DNA from: Trueperaceae bacterium
GTDB lineage: Bacteria; Deinococcota; Deinococci; Deinococcales; Trueperaceae
Reading direction: 5' to 3'
NCBI GenBank assembly: GCA_965213925.1
Contig: OZ243927.1
Location: 1,248,001 to 1,312,000, forward strand
Length of the DNA stretch: 64,000 nt
Made by a program: the position numbers and the translations under genes. Numbering within the stretch: the first letter of the stretch is position 1; each line of letters opens with the position of its first letter. This document shows positions 57,618-64,000 of this stretch, one piece after another. Under the pieces are notes generated by a model that saw nothing but the letters and a program-made list of their open reading frames with translations, searched no databases and was not told where the DNA came from.

Positions 57618-58688
57618 GTGTTGAGGTTTCTCAGCACGCTGCTTCTTTTTTCTTTGTGTTCTCTAACTTTGTGTTCTCTGGCGTCGGCGCAGACGCACAC
57701 CGTCGTTTCCGGTGACACGCTGGCTGCGCTGGCGCAGCGTTACGGTGTGGGCGTCGAGGACCTCATGCAGCGCAATAACCTGAGTAGCACCGTGATTCGC
57801 GTCGGTCAGACTTTGCAAGTGTCCGGGCAGCCTCCCGGCGCAAGCATTCCTGGGCTGCCGCCCTCGTTCAAACGCCATACCGTCACGGCGGGGGAAACGT
57901 GGGCGAGCGTGGCGACGCGCTACGGCTTAGATGTGGCGACGCTCGAGGCGGTCAACCCCGAACTCACCTCCGGTGCGCCGCTGCTGCCGGGTGGAACGCT
58001 CGCCATCTCGCCGGAGCGCGGCACCCTCGCTACGCTAAGCGAGGGGCAGAATCTACTCGGGCTCGCTTTAGAGAACGACCTCTCGCCCGGCGAACTCGTC
58101 AGACTCAACGGGTTTCGCGACGCCTCCAGCCTAGAGGAAGGTCAGCAGATTTTTATCCCTGCGAGAAGGGCAACGTTCGCCGCGCCGCTCGAGCCTCAAC
58201 CGACCTCCGCCTCTCAACGGGGTGAACTCAGAGCGCAAAGTCTCCAACTCATAGGTCGAGCCCCGCAACTTTTGCGCTCTTATGAGCCACCTGCGCAAAA
58301 TTACATCTGGCCCCTAACGAGAAAAGGGCGCATCAGCTCGCGCTTTGGGCGCAGAAATATCTCGGTGCGGGGCAACACGTACCACGCGGGCGTAGACATC
58401 GCCGCGCCTTCCGGCACGCCGATTCGCGCGGTACAAGGCGGCGTCGTGACGCGCTCGGGCTGGGGCGGCTCGTACGGCTACGTCGTCTACGTCGAACATC
58501 CGAACGGCGCGCAGACCCGCTACGCGCACATGCGCCGTATCACAGTGCCTAAAGGTCGGCGGGTGCAGCAGGGTGACGTGTTGGGAGAAGTCGGCAGCAC
58601 GGGCGCGTCTACCGGACCCCATCTACACTTCGAACTGCGCTTCAACGGCTACGCGGCGGACCCGCTGGGGTATCTCGAGCGTTATTAG
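57618..58688 (+). CDS. LysM-repeat M23 peptidase
   Basis: Signal peptide, three LysM repeats, HAGVD, YAHM, STGPHLHFE. Confidence 0.93.
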   Translation: MLRFLSTLLLFSLCSLTLCSLASAQTHTVVSGDTLAALAQRYGVGVEDLMQRNNLSSTVIRVGQTLQVSGQPPGASIPGLPPSFKRHTVTAGETWASVATRYGLDVATLEAVNPELTSGAPLLPGGTLAISPERGTLATLSEGQNLLGLALENDLSPGELVRLNGFRDASSLEEGQQIFIPARRATFAAPLEPQPTSASQRGELRAQSLQLIGRAPQLLRSYEPPAQNYIWPLTRKGRISSRFGRRNISVRGNTYHAGVDIAAPSGTPIRAVQGGVVTRSGWGGSYGYVVYVEHPNGAQTRYAHMRRITVPKGRRVQQGDVLGEVGSTGASTGPHLHFELRFNGYAADPLGYLERY

Positions 58689-58909
58689 CTATTCAGCATA
58701 GGTTAAGGCTGAAAGCCGTTATGGAATTTTGCTTCCAGCAAACGCTTCGCGCTTCGTTGGAGCAGCATTTTCAATGCTCACCTGTGTCAGCTTGTCAGGA
58801 AACCCTGAAATGCTAACAAGCTGACTGGCTGGGATGCTCTTAACATTTACAGTTCCCCTCTTAGGTAAATACGTACAGACGCTTGACCTTTGCTGCGTTA
58901 GATTAGGAC

Positions 58910-59293
58910 ATGCCACGGGTGCTCCTAATCGACGATGAGCGGTTTTTGTTAGCGCGGCTCGAGCGCTCCTTTCTCGCCGCAGGCTACGAGGTGCTCATCG
59001 CCGCCTCCGCGAACGAGGGCGTTTCGCTCGCGCGGGCGTTCGCGCCCGACCTCATCGTATTGGACCGGACGCTGCCCAAGGTCAACGGCACCTTTCCCGC
59101 CGAAGTGCTGCGGAGTGCGCCTGAAACCGCAGCCATACCCCTTATCTTTCTGAGCCGCCGCCCTAAACTGAAATCTACGCAGGTGCGGCAGAGCGCGTCG
59201 CTCCACAAACCGTTTCGACCCAGTCAGCTCGTCGAGCTTGCGAAAAGCCGTTTGAATGAGCTATGCGAAATCGGAACAGTTCCGATTTCTTGA
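58910..59293 (+). CDS. Single-domain response regulator
   Basis: VLLIDDE, PDLIVLD, KPF. Confidence 0.85.
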   Translation: MPRVLLIDDERFLLARLERSFLAAGYEVLIAASANEGVSLARAFAPDLIVLDRTLPKVNGTFPAEVLRSAPETAAIPLIFLSRRPKLKSTQVRQSASLHKPFRPSQLVELAKSRLNELCEIGTVPIS

Positions 59294-59318
59294 CGCTCTG
59301 TATATAAAAGCGTATAAT
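59290..59318 (+). promoter_or_regulatory. Sigma70-type promoter
   Basis: TTGACG-N17-TATAAT. Confidence 0.75.
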
Positions 59319-59371
59319 TCCTTACAGTTCACCCGAGATTGACGGGTTCAGGTAGAAATAAGGAGAAGGCT

Positions 59372-59818
59372 ATGTGGGTATCCACGAGAGCACAGTACGG
59401 GATGCGCGCGCTGGTTGAAATTGCGCTCAGCGACGCGCCGACAAGCCTCAAGGTCGTGGCGGAGCGGCAGAATATCAGTCAGCATTATTTAGAACAAATC
59501 GTCGCCGTACTGCGCCGCGCGGGTATTGTCGAGTCGGTGCGCGGGGCGTACGGCGGCTACCGCTTGGCGCGTCCGGTAAATGAAATTACGGCGCTCGAGG
59601 TGGTCGAACTGATGGAGGGCAGCCTCGCGCCCGTCGCGTGCATCGAAGACGAGAGCGCGTGCGAACGCACTGGGCACTGCTCGACGGAGTCTCTCTGGAA
59701 CCGCGTGGATGAGGCGGTGCGGGACGTGCTCGGCAAAACGACCTTGGTGCATCTCGTGGCGGAGCGGCAGCTTTTACAGCTCGAGGCCCTCCCTGAGCAG
59801 TTCATAAGCGCAAATTAA
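59372..59818 (+). CDS. Rrf2-family regulator (IscR-like, three Cys)
   Basis: STRAQYGMRAL, YLEQI, SVRGAYGGY, C-x6-C-x5-C. Confidence 0.9.
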   Translation: MWVSTRAQYGMRALVEIALSDAPTSLKVVAERQNISQHYLEQIVAVLRRAGIVESVRGAYGGYRLARPVNEITALEVVELMEGSLAPVACIEDESACERTGHCSTESLWNRVDEAVRDVLGKTTLVHLVAERQLLQLEALPEQFISAN

Positions 59819-59862
59819 GTTCATTCGAGCTTAGCCCACTTTAATCACATCTGTACCGACCT

Positions 59863-59931
59863 AAACAAGAGGTTGCAGAATATGAATAAGGGGTTGCAGA
59901 ATATAAAACAAGGGGTTGCAACCCCTTGTTT
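59863..59931. repeat. Three 21-22-bp tandem units ending in a REP-like palindrome
   Basis: Two AAG(A/G)GGTTGCAGAATAT units, then AAACAAGGGGTTGCAACCCCTTGTTT. Confidence 0.75.
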
Positions 59932-59948
59932 GGTGGAGAGGTTTTTTC

Positions 59949-61082
59949 GTGAACGTTTATCTCGATTACGCGGCGACGACGCCCTTGGACCCGCAGGTTT
60001 TGGAGGCGATGCTGCCCTCCTTGCGGGGCGACTTCGCCAATCCATCCAGTTTGCACGGCTACGGTCAGCGGGCGCGGCGCGCCGTAGAAAGCGCGCGTGA
60101 AGCGGTCACCGCAGCGATCCGCGCGCAGCCTAAGGAGCTTATCTTTACCTCGGGCGCGACCGAGGCGGATAACCACGCTTTAAGGGCGGTGGCGCAGCTT
60201 CGGCCGGGTCAGCATATCGTCACGAGCGCCTTGGAGCATTCGGCGGTTTTGACGACGTGTAAGGTTCTCGAGCAAAATCATCCCGTCACCTATCTGAAGC
60301 CGAACGAGCGCGGCGAAATCACCCCCGACGCCGTCCAAAACGCCCTCCGCCCCGACACCGCGCTCGTCGCGCTCATGTTCGTCAACAACGAAACGGGCGT
60401 CATCACCGACATTCCTGCTATCAGCCAAGTCGTTAAGGGCGCGGGCGCACTGCTTTTTTGCGACGCGGTGCAAGCGTTCGGCATGCTGGATGTAGACGTA
60501 AAAGCGCTCGGTGTAGACATGCTCGCCCTCTCCGGGCATAAAGCTTACGGACCCAAAGGGGTCGGCGTGCTCTACGTGAGAGAGGGTTTGGAGCTTCCCC
60601 CCCTCCTCCTAGGTGGTGAGCAAGAGCGCGGGCTGAGAGCGGGTACGCTCAACGTTCCCGCAATTGTAGGGATGGGCAGGGCGGCGGAGCTTGTGCGGGA
60701 ACGCTTGATAGAGGATAAAGAGGTCACCGCGAAGCTTAGAGATAGGTTGGAGCGCCACCTCCTCCAAATCGAGGGTGTTTCGCTCAACGCGGCGCACGCG
60801 CCAAGAGGTCCGAAGCACGTGAACATCAGCGTAGCGGGCGCGGACGGTGAGGCGCTGCTGATGGGGCTCGATAGCCGAGGAATCGCGGCGAGTTCGGGCT
60901 CAGCCTGCGCCGCCGGGACGTTGGAGCCGAGCCACGTCCTGCTAGCGATGGGTTTAAGTTACGCCGAAGCTAAAGCGAGCGTGCGTTTCTCACTTGGGCG
61001 CGGCGTAACGGAGGAGATGCTCGACTACACCGCCGACGCTTTCGCTGAGGTGGCAGGGCGGGCGCGGCTCTTCGCGGCTTGA
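59949..61082 (+). CDS. iscS: Cysteine desulfurase (IscS/NifS family)
   Basis: YLDYAATTP, FTSGATEADN, NNETG, SGHKAYGPKG, SSGSAC. Confidence 0.9.
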   Translation: MNVYLDYAATTPLDPQVLEAMLPSLRGDFANPSSLHGYGQRARRAVESAREAVTAAIRAQPKELIFTSGATEADNHALRAVAQLRPGQHIVTSALEHSAVLTTCKVLEQNHPVTYLKPNERGEITPDAVQNALRPDTALVALMFVNNETGVITDIPAISQVVKGAGALLFCDAVQAFGMLDVDVKALGVDMLALSGHKAYGPKGVGVLYVREGLELPPLLLGGEQERGLRAGTLNVPAIVGMGRAAELVRERLIEDKEVTAKLRDRLERHLLQIEGVSLNAAHAPRGPKHVNISVAGADGEALLMGLDSRGIAASSGSACAAGTLEPSHVLLAMGLSYAEAKASVRFSLGRGVTEEMLDYTADAFAEVAGRARLFAA

Positions 61083-61086
61083 TAAT

Positions 61087-61581
61087 GTGCCGCAGAGTCC
61101 GCGCCTTACGTACCGCAAACCTACCCCTGATGACTTGGACTTCTTCCGCGCTTACCTCTCTGACCCTGTGTTGACGCGCTTTTTGCCGAACGAAGCGCCC
61201 TATCCCGAAGCGATGATTACGGCGTATTTGCAAAACAGAATCGCGCATTGGAAGGTGCACGGCTTTGGGTCGTACCTCTTGGATTTGGACTCGCAGACGG
61301 TTGGCTATGCGGGGCTCGAGTTCGTCCGCGAAACCTCCTACATAGACCTCCGTTATGGTCTCGTTCGAGAGGTGTGGGGACGGGGTTTAGCGTTAGAGGC
61401 GGCGCAAACGTGTCTCGAGGAGGGGTTTCGAAGAGGTCTTGCCGAAACTTTTTACGGGGCGGCTGCGCCGGAAAACAGAGCGTCTATCGCCGTATTGAAA
61501 AAGGTCGGCATGAAGCCGTGCGGGGTTGACCTCTACGGCGATGAGGTGTCGCACTTTTGTATCTCAGCGCGCGAGGTTTAG
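61087..61581 (+). CDS. RimJ/RimL-type GNAT acetyltransferase
   Basis: WGRGLALEAA and ENRASIAVLKKVGM. Confidence 0.88.
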   Translation: MPQSPRLTYRKPTPDDLDFFRAYLSDPVLTRFLPNEAPYPEAMITAYLQNRIAHWKVHGFGSYLLDLDSQTVGYAGLEFVRETSYIDLRYGLVREVWGRGLALEAAQTCLEEGFRRGLAETFYGAAAPENRASIAVLKKVGMKPCGVDLYGDEVSHFCISAREV

Positions 61582-62582
61582 ACGAACTGCACGCCGTTTC
61601 CCTCGACAACTTCACCGATAGGATGAAGAGGTTCCACCGCTACGCGCTGCACTTCTTCCACCTCTTCGGGCGAGGCGATGAGCACGAAACCGACACCCAT
61701 GTTGAAAACGTCGAACATCTCCGCCTCGCTTACCTCACCTTCTTGTTGAATCAGCCCAAAAATCTCGGGTACTTCCCAGTGACCTCTTTCGATCTGGACG
61801 CCGAGCTTGTCTGGTAGGACGCGCGGCAAGTTTCCCGGCAGACCGCCGCCCGTGATGTGCGCCATGCCGCGTATGAGGTTACGTTCCAAAAGAGGTGTGA
61901 CGGTTTCCAGATATGAGCGGTGCGGCGTGAGGAGCGTTTCGCCCACCGTGCTCTCGCCAAACGCGTCATGCAGCTTACCTTCTAACGCCCGCCGCGCCAG
62001 GCTAAAGCCGTTCGTTTGTAAGCCGCCCGACATGAGCGCGAGAAGTTGGTCGCCCGGCTTAATCTTTGACCCGTCGATAATTTTATCTCTGTCAACTGAA
62101 CCGACGATAGTGCCGACTACGTCGAACTCGCCCTCTGTGTAAACGCCGGGCATCTCCGCTGTTTCGCCGCCCAGTAGGGGAATGTAGAGCGATTCGCACG
62201 CTTTAGCGATGCCGGTGATGAGGTCGGCGATGAGCGCGGGCTCGAGCTTAGCCGCCGCCACGTAATCTAGAAAAAAGAGTGGTCTCGCGCCCTGCACCAA
62301 GATGTCATTCACGCAGTGATGAACGATATCGAAACCGAGCCCTCGTGTTTGACCGAGCGCCGCCGCCACTTTCGTCTTCGTACCGACGCCGTCCGTCGAG
62401 GCGACGAGTACGGGATTCGCTAACCTCTTGAGGTCGCCCGCGTCGTAAAGTCCACCGAACGCGCCGAGCCCGGCTAAGACGTTGGGCGTATAGGTGCGCT
62501 TTACGGCATCTTTGATTAGACCAAGCGTCCGGTCGCTCGCTTGCAGGTCAACGCCAGCGCGTTTGTAGGCATTTTCAGACAT
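61578..62582 (-). CDS. purM: Phosphoribosylformylglycinamidine cyclo-ligase
   Basis: YKRAGVD, STDGVGTK, PLFFLDY, GGETAEMPG, HITGGG, FNMGVG. Confidence 0.96.
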   Translation of the reverse strand: MSENAYKRAGVDLQASDRTLGLIKDAVKRTYTPNVLAGLGAFGGLYDAGDLKRLANPVLVASTDGVGTKTKVAAALGQTRGLGFDIVHHCVNDILVQGARPLFFLDYVAAAKLEPALIADLITGIAKACESLYIPLLGGETAEMPGVYTEGEFDVVGTIVGSVDRDKIIDGSKIKPGDQLLALMSGGLQTNGFSLARRALEGKLHDAFGESTVGETLLTPHRSYLETVTPLLERNLIRGMAHITGGGLPGNLPRVLPDKLGVQIERGHWEVPEIFGLIQQEGEVSEAEMFDVFNMGVGFVLIASPEEVEEVQRVAVEPLHPIGEVVEGNGVQFV

Positions 62583-62591
62583 GCGCTGATT

Positions 62592-63791
62592 CTACGCTTT
62601 CGCGCCCCTGAGAAGCGGCACGTAAAAGAGCAGCGCGGCGAGAGAGAGCGCGGCGGTGAAGAAGAAGGCGGCGCTGTACGCCTCTGGCGGATAGGGTCCG
62701 CTCTGGCTCCCTGCTACCGCCTCGATGAGCAGCCCTAGACCCCACTGCAACACGGCGCTGCCACCGATGCCGAAGAGGTTGACCGCCGTGATCGCCCGTC
62801 CGGTGAGGTGGAGCGGGAAGATCGCCCTGAGCTGCGCAAACATCAGCACGGCAAACGCAGATGAGACGCTAAAGGCGGCGAAGAGGAGCGTGAGGACGGG
62901 GCGAGACCAGCTCGAGTCGAAGAGCGCTAGCCCGATTTGCGTCAGCGTAAAGACGCCCGCAGCGACCGCGAGCACGCGCCCTAAACCGAAGCGTTCCCCT
63001 AAAAACCCGGCGACGAAATAACCCAGCGTGATGCCGCCGCTCAAGACGAGCAAGAGGTTGCCCACGGCCACACTGGAGAGACCTAATACGTCACTTAGAA
63101 AAGGTCCCGCCCAGAGGCTCTGATAGGCGAATAAGCTGCCGACGAGGGCGAAGTTCAAGAGGGCGACGCGCCAGAACTGGAGGCTGCGGAAGATGTCGGC
63201 GAAGCTGCCCTGCTCACCTGTTTCCTCTTCTGTATGAGGCGCGTCACGCCCTAGCCACGAGATGAGCAGGGCGCTCAGGAGAATCACAACCGCGCCGCCG
63301 ATAAAGACGCTGCGCCAGCCGAAGCGTTCGTTAAGTAGCGCGAGCGGCGTCGCGGCGGTGAGCGCGCCCAGAGAACCTAGCGAGAGGTAGAGGCTCGAGA
63401 CCCGCGCAAAGCTACCCGCCGAGAACCAGCCGCTAAACGACTTGAGCGCCCCCATTAAGATACCGGCGACGCCCAAACCAATGAGCGTTCTACCGACAGC
63501 TAAAGCCGCAAACGACTCGCCGAAGCCGAAAACGAGACTGCCCAGCACCGCGAAGAGCATTAGAAGCGGCGTCATCCACCTCGGACCGAAGCGGTCTAAA
63601 AGTGAGCCGATGGGCAGCTGCGCGGCGGCGAACGCCGCGAAGAAGAGGCTCGTCATGAGCCCCAACTGCGACGCGGTGAGCGAGAGGTCGCGCGTCAAAT
63701 CCTCCGCGATAACGGCGTTTGTGGAGCGCAAAAAGTAGGAGAGGAAGTAGGCGGGTAAAAAGGCGAAAAAGACAACGAGACGTGGGGGCAT
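62592..63791 (-). CDS. MFS transporter
   Basis: About 12 TM segments; GSLLDRFGPR and GFLGERFG motifs. Confidence 0.9.
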   Translation of the reverse strand: MPPRLVVFFAFLPAYFLSYFLRSTNAVIAEDLTRDLSLTASQLGLMTSLFFAAFAAAQLPIGSLLDRFGPRWMTPLLMLFAVLGSLVFGFGESFAALAVGRTLIGLGVAGILMGALKSFSGWFSAGSFARVSSLYLSLGSLGALTAATPLALLNERFGWRSVFIGGAVVILLSALLISWLGRDAPHTEEETGEQGSFADIFRSLQFWRVALLNFALVGSLFAYQSLWAGPFLSDVLGLSSVAVGNLLLVLSGGITLGYFVAGFLGERFGLGRVLAVAAGVFTLTQIGLALFDSSWSRPVLTLLFAAFSVSSAFAVLMFAQLRAIFPLHLTGRAITAVNLFGIGGSAVLQWGLGLLIEAVAGSQSGPYPPEAYSAAFFFTAALSLAALLFYVPLLRGAKA

Positions 63792-63862
63792 GGGGGAGTA
63801 GCTTAACAGATGGCGGGTTCGCTTCGTGGGTAGGGCGGTACGCCCGGTCTCCCTATGCCCTC

Positions 63863-64000
63863 CTAAATCGCCTCGATTAAGGTCGCCTCGCCCTGCCCCA
63901 CGCCGACGCACAGCGTCGCCAGACCGTACCTCATCGGCTCACCTGCCCCACGCCGCCGCCGCATTTCATAGATTAGCGTCGTTAGGATGCGCGCGCCCGA
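63863..64000 (-). CDS. Thiolase C-terminus (gene runs off the window)
   Basis: [30 protein letters not shown]. Confidence 0.88.
   Translation of the reverse strand, partial: SGARILTTLIYEMRRRRGAGEPMRYGLATLCVGVGQGEATLIEAI

Overview
Bacterial chromosomal window, probably Deinococcota (Trueperaceae-like; inferred from gene content, not verified). Housekeeping genes are purA, purB, purM, gpmI, lgt, ileS with an Ile T-box, rho, ruvC, an Rrf2 regulator plus cysteine desulfurase, and a cobalamin-riboswitch-controlled btuFCD-cobS-cobO operon. Accessory features: (1) a toxin-antitoxin/defence cluster at 5.7-10.7 kb nested in the remains of a type IIG restriction-modification gene; (2) two loci pairing a subtilase lipoprotein carrying tandem W-[AS]-GG repeats with a TPR-fused c-di-GMP enzyme (GGDEF or HD-GYP); (3) a sugar ABC transporter operon ending in a YcaO-family gene and an atypical NodB-type deacetylase; (4) a c-di-GMP-II riboswitch and two families of small palindromic elements. 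The top candidate for a new system is an unannotated 42-aa secreted peptide (41861-41989, minus strand). Its C-terminus (DGRSSAWGG) matches the repeat (GRSSAWAG x4) in the divergently transcribed protease, which is followed by a TPR-HD-GYP protein. This suggests a peptide-signalling module that controls c-di-GMP. Frameshifts in ileS and rho are most likely sequencing errors. All calls were made by eye, with no database searches.
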